A stretch of DNA of 63,973 bases, the filler included, from Trichosphaerium sp. ATCC 40318 (taxonomy: Eukaryota > Protista > Tubulinea): NCBI GenBank assembly GCA_038496445.1. It is 3 parts of 3 records of this genome, joined end to end, with 100 filler letters (N's around TTAATTAATTAA, not from the genome) between each part and the next. Parts side by side here need not be neighbours in the genome. Positions count along the whole stretch, not along the records: positions 23,672 to 50,853 come from JALMLS010000496.1; positions 50,954 to 63,973 come from JALMLS010000545.1; 1 more part is not named here. The stretch is one strand, 5' to 3'. Positions within the stretch are counted from its first letter, which is position 1. The number at the start of each line of letters is the position of its first letter. The notes beneath the pieces are model-generated. The model saw nothing but the letters and a program-made list of their open reading frames with translations. It was not told the DNA's origin and did no database searches. This document shows positions 41,901 through 54,842 of this stretch, piece after piece. Both the position numbers and the translations under genes were made by a program.

Positions 41901-42827
41901 TTTCCAGGTGGAACAAACCTACCTCGGTTACTACGCCGAATGCGGTTAGATGCTAAACGTAAAAAAGAAACAGAAGAGGAAGAAACCGAAAAAGAGAAGG
42001 TACCTCAAGCCAGAAATGCTAACATGGAGCCTGCATTTGTAGGTGACGAGATTGAAGGCATTGGTAAGGATGGTACTCCTGTTTTTAAACAACGTCTTCG
42101 CCCTCGTAACCGAAAGCGCCAAACTGTACTCCCTAAACGCTATCGCAATAAATAAATATGTTTGTCTGTGTCTTTTTTTATTGTCGTACCTGCACTACGT
42201 TGTTCCTGTTCTTCGTCAATGCTGTATATACAATGGTGAACAAAATTTGACTTTGACTTTTTAGGCACTTGTTCGGCATTTTTTAGGCAAAAAGTTTTTT
42301 TTTTTGACATTTTAGGGTCACCGGAAATCACTTTGGAATCACTTTCAAATCACTTTCAAACCGCTTTCCAAGTGATTCTAGAGCGTTTCTACCAAGGCGT
42401 TATGAAGTGAAAAGAAAGCGCTTTCAAATCACTTTTGAATCACTTTGAAAGTGCTCGTTATGCACGGAAAACCATCTTGATTTGCTGTAGCACAAGCAAG
42501 GAGCACTTCCAACACACAGAAACTACGAAAGTCGTGAATACAACGCTAAATGAAAGAAAGTCAAATCACCGTATCAGTAACCACTGATTGTACTATGTCT
42601 CAGTGACACTTCTCATTCTTTCTATGTCACTTTTTGGAGCAAGAACAGCTGCTCACTACAATGCTCTTGGAACCAACCAAAAGTTCTTGCTTCAACTGTG
42701 TTAATATGTGGTTGTCCAGGGCAATCTACTTACCAGTAAAAACACGGAATGTTTCGGAATATTTCGTGTTTTTTTCGGAACGTTTCGTGTTTTTTCGGAA
42801 TCAATTCATTTCATTCTGTACATCTCC
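38970..42827. mobile_element. Mutator-like (MULE) DNA transposon with ~500-560-bp TIRs
   Basis: GGAGATGTACAGAATGAAATGAATTGATTCCG... at both ends in inverted orientation; inverted similarity extends to ~39530 and ~42325. Flanks ATTGTATTT / TTTGTTTCT (6/9, possible decayed 9-bp TSD). Internal transposase gene. Confidence 0.93.
39700..42155 (+). CDS. MULE DDE transposase, multi-intron (5' end uncertain)
   Basis: WRKY/FLYWCH-like YFKCAQRSLCGARVIL..HHYNC; catalytic IYVDGTH (D), LMVDCE (D), HHCFFHV (CxxH), TNNISESNN (E); basic C-terminus. Confidence 0.88.
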
Positions 42828-43070
42828 TTTGTTTCTTGGTTTTTTAGCCGTTAACTGCTCACAACTTACGCGATTTGCGACTACAGTCCTTGATGCCCAC
42901 TTATATATATATTCGTCCCTTATTGTATGTTGCACTTCACGGAAATATACCAGCAACGTTAAAAGAATATCTGGTTTTTTTTTCAATGAAAAAATAGTGT
43001 GTAACACGTTTTTAGCATTGCTTTTTCTTCATGGTTAAGCTTGTTTCATAAATAAGATAAACATACAGCA

Positions 43071-43776
43071 ATGACAGATCATCAAGAATTAGCTAGGGCG
43101 TTTGGTATGACAATAGATTGGGTAGACGGCGGTTTATTTCCTGATTACCAAGATAGAGACGGTACGTACCACCTTACTCGTTTGATGTGCATGTAATTAC
43201 AAAATAAGGCTAACCATGTTTTTTACAGGCGATATTGTGACGAGGGATAAATTAGAACATGCTTCACAAGTTGTTTTGAGCATTCTAAGCAACGAAGATC
43301 AAATCATGGCAGCTTTTGTCGCTGTGGCAAGTGAAAGGCCTAGAAAGAAGAGGAGGAGGAATAATAGAAGGAAAAGAGATAGAGATAGACACACTCAACC
43401 AGTACGTATCATAATCACGTGAAGAGAAAGCAATCTTTTAATGACATCCTTGAAAAACATTCATTGAAAATACTTACCTTTTTTTTAGATTACAGTCACT
43501 GTAGACTTTGCACGTGCGAGGAAAAAAGTATCACGTGTCAGATTACAACGTGTTAGACGTGGTCGCACAAATTATAATGGTGACCGTATCGAGGTATTCG
43601 GAGAGAGTGACGAAAGAACGATTTGGATCAGAGAAATAGAGATGAACGACGAGGATCTTGTAGGCACATTGCTGCATGAGGCTATACATTTCATTGGAAG
43701 ATTTAATGGTAGAGAAATGAGTGAAAGAAGAGAACATCGCGTTATGCAATTACTTGGGGAAGACTGTGAGCTCTAA
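43071..43776 (+). CDS. Small basic protein with an HExxH zincin motif (SprT/minigluzincin-like)
   Basis: Three exons; RPRKKRRRNNRRKR basic stretch; VFGESDERTIWI..DLVGTLLHEAIHF..MSEREEHRVMQLLG. TAA at 43774-43776. Confidence 0.7.
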
Positions 43777-43871
43777 TACAGACAAAAAAACAAAACAAGC
43801 GAAGATATCCAATTGTGAATAAAACCAACACCTTATTTATTAAAAAGTGACGATTAGTTTTGTCAAATTTT

Positions 43872-46800
43872 TTAGTTTGCACGTTGTTCTTTCTTTGATA
43901 TTTTTTGGTCCCAGTTGGGTATTGTGAACCTTTAAAACTCTTTATCTAATCGCAAACTAGAACACTGCATATTGAAAATAGGGATTTGAAGCAGCAGTCA
44001 ACAATAAAAAAGCGACGACAAGAGAAAACAAACAACACAAATCAAAAGAGAACTTTAACTTGATCCTTCTTTTTTTTTTTTGATTATGCTACAATATAAA
44101 CTTTATTTTACCTCTACCTATGGTACCCTTCCCCAAAAAGTTCTTTGAGGCACGTCTATCACCTGAAGGCTTTTTATAAGAATCCCATGCAGAATTAGTT
44201 CGTTTATGTCTTTTTTGCTTTTGTGGCTGAGGTGATGGTTCAGGTGCAAGTTCAGCTTCTGAAACTGACTCTTCTTCGTCCTCAATATAATCCTCGTTTT
44301 TACGAACTTTTACAATATATACAGGCAATATAAGAGAGTCTACAGAAACAGTAAGTCGCATGTCAAGTGTAGCTTCAAGAAGAAAAAAAGGCGACAAAAA
44401 AATGTATCCCATTTGGGCTTCGTATTTTGTTCTTTAGTCTCGTGGTCACCACGAAGAGTTTTTGTACTGTTTTTGAATTTTGAAAAATGTGACAAGAGCA
44501 AAACAACTCTCATCACATGGATGGAGAGTGAAAGGCGGTTAAGTCAACGTACAATCGAACATCACAATTTCGTTTGGAAGTGATTGTTTTGCCCATTTTG
44601 CTGGAAGTCCTTCTTCATTTACTACAGCATAATGTGATTGGTATCCAGCCTTTACATCAGCGCCAACCAGAGATTGTTTACCCTGTGGATCTTCCACAGC
44701 AGGATATACATTACCTGGAGCAGCATACTAAAAAAACCTGTGTTAGTTTGTCGCTTCATTTCTCAAACTAGCCGTCTTTTATAAAGCTTATAAGCTTTGT
44801 TTAGATAACGTAGTATGTGGGAAGTACGCATAACTAATTTCTTGGTATTTTGTGTAGCTGGTTTGGAAAGAGCAAAAAAAAGAAAAATCTAATTTTTTTT
44901 GGTTGATAGGTGACTTGACGGTCACTTTTGTCAACATGTAGGTTGACAAAGTGAAATAAAGTTACTTACACATATAACCATAGTATTGCAGTCACCTTCT
45001 GGAATATTTCTCTGGGCATAATTGGCAGAGGTAGTCAAGTAAACGCCTTCTCCATATGAACCTAAATAAAAAATTTCAGTATTTTGTATTGATCATCTGG
45101 TACCACCGGAAGAATCAGGTATATCAAATCCCGATTGAGCTATCTCTATAGCCATATCATAAGAGCAACAATGAACAGCAGGAAATATAGGTATATCGTA
45201 TTGACCAATATATTTGTTCCAATCCGTATTTTTTACAAGATTATCATAATTCTCCATTACTTGTTTACGACGTTCAATTATATCTGTTGGTTCTTGTTCA
45301 TTTGTTTTCCAAGTATCTAATTTAAAGAATTTTGGGAAACATCTATGACTTGTTGCCAAGTTTTGTTTCTGGAATTGAAAAAAAAGTAAGAAAAACACGT
45401 GATTTTTTTGTAAAAGTTTGGTTAGGGTGTTGTACCGCTTGTTCAAACTCTTTTAGTAAGTGTTCGTTATAAATTGCCTCAGCAGATACTATTTCTAAAC
45501 CTCTACCGCCCATGTTCTTTAGGAGACCATTTAACCTCTTGAGTTCGTAAGGTTGTTGAACCTTTATGTCCAAGTCAGTTTTTTTTGGTTCACGATGAGT
45601 AGTATGTTTTTATTTGTACCTCTTCGTCTCTTTTCACGTGACAAGTTTTATACTCATTAGTAGAATGGCCAACAACCCTCCATAGTCCATATGTGAGGAA
45701 GTTATCTGAGAATTTCCTAAATGACGTATTTGATTAGGAACTTAACTAGTTTTAGTTCAGTTTCGTTCTCGCACCATGGGAACAGTGAACTTCCTAGAGA
45801 CCACCATGGAGAACCCTTTTTAGGCTCACACTTTGCTTGTAGGGTTGTAACATATCTGGCATAATCTAAAAGGAAGAATAAGCTTTCAAAGCGAGGTAAC
45901 GTTGATGCTTTTAAACAGTACGTACTTGCTTTGAGTTTGGTTGTCTTTTCAAGTATTTTTTTATGTTCGTGTTCAGGAACAAGCATTCTCTCCAAGTCCT
46001 CTTTGCGTAGATCAAGAAATTGCAAACCGCTAATACCATTAGACAAGCCAACATCAAAAAAAAAGCTCAAGCACGTGCTGCGCATGCATTGTTTTTCGGA
46101 AAAACTGGAAAAACTTTATATCCAAAAATCTGTGAATAAATGTTTTTTCATCGTACGTAATATTGTTGCTTTGAAAAATCTTTGCAGCATTAGGAGATAT
46201 TGGTGAAACAACGCTAAAAACATCTTTAACACGCATAAAAGGAGGAGCAAGCTTCTTCCTCTTAATCTTCTTAACAGCAACTTCAACTTCAAGCTCAATA
46301 CCTCTGAACGTCTTAAGAACGCCCTTACCAACATCACGTTCCCATGAAGCATATACAGTACCCAATTTAGGTAAGTAAAGAGCACCAAAACCGTGTTGAA
46401 GGTTTGAAGCCCATTGACCTGAATACTTGATGCCATCGGAGTATTCAAAGAATCCTTGACCATGTTTGAGATCTTTAACCCATTCTCCAACATATCTAGC
46501 ACCGACTAGAAGCGTCATTGTACCATATCCATGCTTTTTATCTTGTTTCCATTTACCAACATATGTACAACCATTTGCTACTTTCAGTGTACCCTCTCCT
46601 TCACGCTTACCCATGACATAATCTCCTTTATACTCAGCGCCGTCAGGCCAAGTGAAGAGACCTTTACCATTGTACTTTCCTTGATTCCATTGTCCAGTAT
46701 ACACAGACCCATCGGCGAAACAGAATGTTCCCAAGCCGTGCCTTTTATCATGTTGGTACTGACCAACATACGAAGCACCTCTACTTCCAGTATAAGATCC

Positions 46801-49800
46801 TTCTCCATGTCGTTTACCATCAAGCCATTCTCCCAAGTAGGTTCCTCTTTGAGCGTACGCCGCTGTACCTACGCCATTAGGTTTACCATTCTTTATCTGA
46901 CCTTTGTATACCCACCACCGGTACTTGATCGTTCCGCCTCTGTTTTAAAAAATCACGTGTAAGTTCACGTGATTAAATAGGAAAAATGTACTTACGTTGC
47001 GCCTTGGAATTTCCAAACTCGTTTTGATTTTCGAAGTCTTTCTTTTTGTGCTATAACTAGTCTTGATGACTTCTGAAGTACATTCTTCTTTTTCTTTATT
47101 GTAGATGCTCTTGTCATTGTCTTTGTTATTCTGTTGTTAACGCGGCGTTCCATTGAAAGTCTATAGACCTCTCTTTGAGCCTTAAACACTGGTGAGAAGG
47201 AGAATTACTACAAACCAAATGCTTTGGCTTGTTTTCTACTAGTTGTTACCTTTACTTCATCTACCTTGCTCTTCTTCTCTTCACCCTCAGGTCTAGGTAC
47301 AGCTGCGCTTTCAAATCGTTTTCTTTCCTGTTCTTCTTGAGCCTGACGTGTTTGTTAAAAAAACAATCAAAATTTTTTAAACGAAAATGTTGTGCCTTGC
47401 GAGCTTGTTCTTTTTGTCTTTCTTGTTCTTCTCTTTCTTTTTGTTCTTGTTCTCTCCGCCGTCTCTCTTCTTCTACTCTCGCTTTTTCAGCTTCTGCCCG
47501 TTGTTTTTCTTTGGCTTTTCTTCGTTGACGCTCAGCTTCCTCTCTTCGTTGTTTCTCTTCTAGTTCTCGCTTTCTAAGAATATCTTGCCTTCGTTTTTCT
47601 TGCCTTTCCTGAAGATACATTAACGTCGGTTAAACTGTGGTTGAAATAGTACCTGAACTAGATATTCACATAACCTAACGGCAACGTATCTTCTACATAG
47701 ACTCTGAAGATATACAGAAGCGTGGTGTCGAGCAACGGCCGATTTTACTCTTTTTCTACATAGAAAACCTCTCACAACTTTTTGGATCTTGATGGCATAT
47801 GGCTCCATGCACTCTGCACGAAGCTCTTCAAGTACTTCCAGCTGTTGAGTAAAAATTAGTACATAAAGAATATTTACTTAGAGTGTTGATAGTACCGCTT
47901 CATGGCGAAGAAAAGCCTTTGTTTTACCAATCTGACAATCCTTTTTTTTCAAACCAGCAGCTTTCATTATCTTTCTGCAAGTCCTCTTTATATCCCTAGA
48001 TTTACGACTTGCAACAATACCAAACCTTTGGTAAAAGATTTAGTACGAAATACGAAAATTAGAATAATACCTGTGCGTGAAGACATCGAAATCCAAACGT
48101 ATTGGATATCCTGATTGTCTTATTTTTATTGTTTCTAAAACACCAGAACAACTTAGTTGCTCAAGCACTTGTCCACCATGAAAAACATTTGGTGCTCTGT
48201 AACGATTAGGTTTAATACACCTACGAGTATATTTAGATCACATTCTTTCACGTCAGCGAAAATTACCTGATCCAATGAGGATCTGTCTCATTAACAGTTT
48301 CCATCAAATCATCGAGTTGAAACTAGAAACAAACATTAAACAAAGAAGATATTGTCAAATATCTAAGTACCTTAAACTGTGTTCCTACTGTAATTGGTTT
48401 GCCACGTATGACTTCAGCGGTCTTTATAAGGTTTTTAATATACGGATCAGTGCTATGTCTTGTCATGGTGACAATGTCTGGCTTTAAGGCGTCTTTGTTT
48501 TTATCCAAAAAGCCTTTTGCACTGTACATTACCTTAAAAGCCAGTTAAGATAACAGAGGTTTCTGTTGGTTGAAGTTGGTACGTACACGTTCAGCATAGT
48601 GAGATATTCCAAAGTTACCATTAGATATCTTTGGAGAAAGGAAAGAGTCATGAGATTCATGTTGACCTTTAATCTTATTCAAAAAAGAAGTATCTGTTCC
48701 TTTTGGAAAAGTGCACTCCTCGTTAAGTAGTTCTAGTACACTTGCATGCTAACGTGAACAGTAAGTAATGAAGACAAAAGAGGTTCTATTATGGTTTTCA
48801 TAAAACGTACACCATGAGCAATGAGATCAAGTGTTTTTTGGTTGTCATCAAAGGGAATTGCTTGAAAATTTATGCCTTCTTTTTGACATGCTTCAAGTTC
48901 CCATTTGAAGTTATGTCGATTGTAATGTTGCTGGAAGGTCTCATTCGCGAAATTAATACAAAATTGCTCAAAACTGTTGGCCTAAAGAAGAAATCTTAGA
49001 GTCAGACATGGTCACGTCAACACAAAAAAAAAGTTGGTTGATGCAACTTACCTTGAAATTCTCGAAACCAAAAATATCCAAGAGCCCAATAAATAACTGA
49101 CTATTTGTATTATTTATAGTGTTATTAATCTTTACTACTATCCAGTCGAATAAATTACTGTACAAAGCTTTTGAAAGGACATCTCTGACATCAACAGCCT
49201 AAAACACAAGTTTAATTTTAAATCAGATTTCATTCTTTTGAAGTACTTGTGAGGCCGAGTACGGCACTATATACACTTCTTTTGCTATAACATTACGTCT
49301 TGTGAGCAAAATAGATTGAAGCTCTGTTGGATCTACACATAGTAGCTTCGCAACAATAAATACAATCTCAGGATTTTCTACTTGAGCCTAAACCAAAACT
49401 TGTAAAGTGTTGTTTCCAACGTATTTTTTTCGTACTTCCTCCTTCTCTGAAGAACCGATATTTAGATTACCCAGATGAAGGATAGCGGATAATACCCTGA
49501 AAATAAAATCCCTCTCCTCTTTTCCAATATTAATACGAGCCATAGCAGAGATGACTTGTTTCAGTTCTTTCTATTCGAGAAAAAAAAAATGAGCAAAAAA
49601 AGTCACGTGATTTAAGGACAAAGTACTTCTTCATTGCGTCCTTGAATCATCACACATCCACTACCGTTAAGGTACCGATAGTCTCCGACTCTTTTAAGGT
49701 TATATCGCATCCTTTGCTGCACGTAAGACAAAAGAATAAAGAAAAAAAAGATCTACTCACTTAAATTCAGCATCAGTTGAAGCCAACATCATATAAAAAA

Positions 49801-50853
49801 TATGATAATTACGCTCGCCATGACCTTGATTGATAACACGTGTCTAGAAGATATGGGTAAAAACAAAAAAAAACTCACAAAACAAAAAGAAAAAGTTTTT
49901 CAGCCAATCCTTCGTGTGACTGTCCCCTCCACGTGCCTACCTTTTCCAGCAAGTAATTATCAATCCTTGCACCTACCAAGCCACCCTGTCTATCAAATTG
50001 TAGTCGTATAAACTTCCCCTACAATTAAAAAAAATTGTCAACACTTTTTTTGGGTATTTAATCATTTTCACTCACAAAGCGACTGGAGTTATCGTTTTTA
50101 GCAGTCTTCGCATTACCTAAAATAGGGTTAATATATCTACATAAATATGGACCTTACCAAACGCTTCGAGTATTGGGTTTGTGCCTTGGATTTGGGCGCA
50201 TATTTTGTTTCCTTTTGAATCAGAACTGCCAACGAACGACAAGTACTTCATAGCGATTTTTGCTGTTTCGGTCTACATTGAACAACTTAGAACCCATTAC
50301 CGCGCTCTCTTTATAGTCTATCATTACCTTTCCCGCGCCAGACTCTCCACTAATCAAAATAGCTTGGGACTTTGTATCTAAATAATCTTAGCAGTGACAT
50401 TGTCGAAAACGGTGCGAACCTCTTAGTAAGTTAACGTAGCACCTATCCGCTAAAGCAAAAATGTGTGGCTTCTCTTCTCCATGTGACTTATTTCTATAAC
50501 TACAAATACAAGTTAAAACGCATTAAAACTAACCTATAAGGCGGTATACGCACGTTTTCATTGTTTTGTCATCGTACAATGGTAATTGTTTAAAAGGATT
50601 AACAGCAATTACAATACGCCCTGTGTATGTCTACAAAACGACGCTTTGAATAAGATTTTCACGTGATATGACGGTTCAGCGCACGTATATAATATCCTTT
50701 AAATATCTCTGTCTTATATTGTGTAATACAGTAGATGCATGAAGTTCTGAGAGGTACAGCATATCCTCTACGTCTCTAAGCACTGATTTGTCCAAAATTT
50801 TTCTAACATGAGCTTTTTGTACTTCTATTTTTTTCTATTCGTTTTAATCTCTT
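43872..50853 (-). CDS. Unconventional myosin: motor-IQ-charged helix-MORN repeats-SAM-PARP-like ART domain (5' end lost at the gap; last exon uncertain)
   Basis: [74 protein letters not shown]; IQ motifs IQKVVRGF; ER/K helix; 7-8 MORN repeats YxGxWxxxKxHGxG; SAM-like [17 protein letters not shown]; ART-like [32 protein letters not shown]. Confidence 0.88.
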
Positions 50854-50953
50854 NNNNNNNNNNNNNNNNNNNNNNNNNNNNNNNNNNNNNNNNNNNNTTA
50901 ATTAATTAANNNNNNNNNNNNNNNNNNNNNNNNNNNNNNNNNNNNNNNNNNNN
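50854..50953. other. Artificial 100-nt contig linker (N44-TTAATTAATTAA-N44)
   Basis: Same structure as 23572-23671. Confidence 0.97.
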
Positions 50954-51211
50954 GATAAAGGTGTTTCAGCTTTAATTGGTGTACACAAAATTGATCTATC
51001 AGGCTGCACAGGGATTACTGTTAAAGCTATGAAAAGCATTGCTGATGCTCACTCTGTTAATCTGTCACGCACTGATGTTGCGGATGATTGGCTTTCTATA
51101 CTTTATGGTGTCAAGAGACTAGCTTTGGGTGATTGTATAAATATTACAGAAAAAGGATTAGAGTCATTAAGAAATGCTGGTGTAAAAGTAGTAACTCAAT
51201 TATATTTTTAA
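50954..51211 (+). CDS. 3' end of a third GVH-type LRR gene (5' part lost at the gap)
   Basis: DKGVSALIGVHKIDLSGCTGIT..HSVNLSRTDV..ITEKGLESL; same repeat family as 5076-6109. Confidence 0.75.
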   Translation, partial: DKGVSALIGVHKIDLSGCTGITVKAMKSIADAHSVNLSRTDVADDWLSILYGVKRLALGDCINITEKGLESLRNAGVKVVTQLYF

Positions 51212-54200
51212 TGATTGATACAGCTTGCAATATCAGGTACATTTGTTGATTCTACTTCACGTCTTGAAACTACGAATGCGTACTTTGGAAGTATTTGTAT
51301 GCCTGGAAAAAAGAAAGAATAAGAACAAGATTAGTGTTGAAAAAAACAAAAAAAAAATAAAGCTGCGTACTTTGTCCTACTGATATTTCGTCAAATCCGA
51401 ACTCTGTTGTATGATATCTAGATTGATATCCTGTCTAATATTTTGGTTAATATTTTTCGTGGGTTTTGTTTGTGTGTACCTCCACAGATCCCGATTTTGG
51501 AGTCAACACCTTTGGAAAAAATAAGAAAATAATAGGAAACTCTACAACGATGACGCACAGGACGAATATTTCCCATACAAACAAAACAACATATTAAAAC
51601 AGCGTATTCGTTTCTTCCACATTTTTCCATCGCATGTGGCACGTGACTGAAACTCACTGTTAGCAAAAATATCTAACCAAAAAAAAATACTAAAAAGTAC
51701 GTTGAAAGCACAACATCAGAAATCGAAGAGTTGATGTCAAAACCAGCCATGGCATAATCTTTTAGTTTTGTATCAGGTATATTATATAATGCAGGTATGA
51801 TGTTATGCTAATGAGTATTAGAAACCAACTTTTAGACGAAGAACGGAGCGTACAGGTCCACAATTCGAAATCAATTGAGTTTTTCTCATTTTGAAATCTT
51901 CGATTACAAATCCCTTTTCGTCCGACTGTTCCTCTGTTTTCCATTCTTCGCTGCAGAAAACATGTGGCATAGTACTATTGTCGAATAAAAACGTACAAAT
52001 CAAGTACTCACTGAAGGGATTGTTGAGTAGACAACGTACTTGTGTCTTTCTTGGATAACAGTTAAATAAGTTTCGAATCTTTCCTTTTGAATAGGATTAT
52101 GAAGAAGTACTGCTTTTACCATCCTATAACTCTCTGTTGAATCCATTGTATTAAACATTTCAAAGCACTTCTCTAATTCAGCTTCTGCAGCATAGTCTCC
52201 AGGTACCGTCAAATCCAAAAGTCTGTTGAAAAAAAAATATTAAATCAAACTGCCTTTAAAATGTAAACTCGCCTGCAATCAGTTGGCTTTGATTTAATCC
52301 TCCAGTCATAGTTCCACTTCCAATTAATAGCTACGTCCAAACTCTTTTTCATACACCAAGCTCCTTGTGGTTCAGGCTCTATCAATGCATAAGCGTAAAA
52401 AATAATTGGAATGTTTCACACAAAAAAGTACTTGCCAGGAGCGCTTCTCAGAATAGAAAATATTGAGCTTTTTCCAAGTTCTGGAGGCCACATTGAATCA
52501 GGTACTTGTCCTATGACTTGTGCCTAACTATATTTAGAGTTTAAAAAATTACAAAGAAACGAAGTACCAAGGTTGTAGCGTTATCAAACATATCCAATAA
52601 TTTCTAATTTGGGTAAGAAAGAAAAAAAAGAGTCAGCTTTTTAAGCGCACCTGAGTATCTTTCTTTACTATCAACCATAACCAGTGAAACGCCAACGCTC
52701 CTTTTGATCTTAGAAAGTCTTCAAAATAAGTTGCTTTTATCTACAGCTCGTGAGTTGGATTAAAATCATGAAAGAAAAAAAATGGAGTACCAAAACATCC
52801 GGTGTAAATAAATCGTCAACTTTTTGTTCAAGGCCCTCAGGTATTGGTTCTAACCATGGAGGTGTTCCTCTGTATCCTCTAAATATTCCTTTGAGAACAT
52901 CAGGTTTTGATGCGCGAGCTACAGCAGTCTAAAAAAAAAGAATTCAGTGAAGACAAATCGAAGAAAGTTCGTACAATAAATTCCTTTGATGACAAATCTT
53001 CGCCAAGAGCGCTGACTAAAATTCTCGCTACTTCACTATGACCATTTATAGCTATTATATAATAAATTGAATAGTTTTGATCAATGGCCGATCGTACAAG
53101 CTCTCATAAGGGCAGTGAAACCTTCATCATTGCATCCTTTTAAATCTGCGTTTTTTTCAACTAATAATTCTACAATCCCAGGACTTCCAACCTCAGCTAA
53201 AAGCCTTTAATTAAAGCTATAAATAACACATTGCCGCTACCTGCTAACAATATTGGTGTGTTCTTGTTGGCATCTTTCACATTAACATCAGCACCTGCTT
53301 GTAGCAGCAAACGAGCAGACTCCGTATGTCCGTATTTCGCTAATTCTTTGTTGACAACAGTAACTAAAGTTCAAGGTTGACGTACCAGCCAAGATGAGAG
53401 GGGTATTGTTCTCCTTTGATACGTGATTAACGTTTGCTTTCTCTTCGATGAGAATGTTTATAATATCATGATTGCCGTTCTTAGCTTAGGCAGTGAGATT
53501 CTCATTTACACATTAGATTACTTACCAGCAAAAAACAATGCAGTTTGGCCTTTTTGGTCTTGGCACTCAATATCAGCTCCTGCACGTGTTAAAGCGCCTG
53601 CCATGGATACACCGCCTTTCAAAGCTAATAGTAATAATAAATATAACATTATTTCGGATTTTTGAGTGAAAGTGAAGCGATCACGTGATTTTACACAAGA
53701 GAAGGAACAAAGGTATAAACAAAATAGATTTTTTGTTTGAATGTTAATTACCAGCAAGAATAATAGGCGTATGACCGAATTCGTTAGTAATGTTAAGGTT
53801 CGCTCCGGCATCAATCATTGTCATCACCATCTCAACATCTCCTCCCCACGCTAACCAAAAAAAAAGTGTTAGAATGACACATCAAGAAACCAATGTCTTT
53901 AGCATCATTTAAGATACACTAACCTGCCAGAACAAGTGGAGAATTACCACGCTTGTTTACAACATCCAGGCTTGCTCCTGCGGTTATTAACTTGTCAACA
54001 ATAGCCATAAAACCCTTAACCGCTAAAACGAAAATAAGCACAAAATAATTTGTTCCAAAGGTTTAGTTTCGCTATCGAAGCGTTGTATGATTACCAGCTA
54101 CTATTAACGCTGTACTTCCGTATTTATTAGCAACATGTAAATCAGCACCAGCTTCAATAAGAACTAGAGCAATCTCAAGGCATTCAGCTTCGACTAATGA

Positions 54201-54648
54201 TAAAGAGAGTGAGTACAATCGAGCGGTAATAATAACAAACGTGACGTTTTAGCAAAAAAACCGAAAATACTCATTACCTGCAGTAATAAGTGCAGTGTTA
54301 CCATCTTTATCTTTTATATTCAAATCGGCGCCACCAGCGACAAGAATTTTAACAATCTTAATATTCTTTCCTCTCACTAAAAATTGTTATGTTTTATCAC
54401 GTGCTTACGCATGAAAGGTCTGATTTGTAAAAAAATACACGTGCCTGCTTTAATTAGAGCAGTACTCCCATGTTGATCTCTTACATTAATATCGGCACCT
54501 TTGTCAACGAGTAATCGAACAGTAAGCAAACTGCCCTTTTGAACTTTTGAAAAAAAGAGTGTTAGCCCGATTTTGATCGTCTTTTAACACAAAATTAAAA
54601 AGTAAGTATAGTACCGGCACTTAGAAGTGCTTGTGCAGTTCTGGACAT
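51208..54648 (-). CDS. Ankyrin-repeat protein with a degenerate C-terminal PARP-like ART domain
   Basis: About 9 ankyrin repeats (G.TALI.A...G....V..L...GAD.N), mostly one per ~99-nt exon. C-terminal MVKAVLLHNP..ERFE..ERH..P.VF..WKTEEQ..AGFD..DEISV..QILPKY is homologous to the myosin-tail ART domain. Confidence 0.8.
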
Positions 54649-54842
54649 TGTTTTAAAGATAAACAAAAACAACAGGATGAAGATATGACTTAAACGATTC
54701 GACGGTTAAGGGATGGTTTGAGTTTTGTGGGTTTCCTGACTTCAATACGCAATTTCAGTTCCCTTCATCCACCAAACTATAACTAACCTAAATTGTTCCT
54801 GTTATACGTGCGTTTTGCACGATGGTAATGATTATTTAAAAA

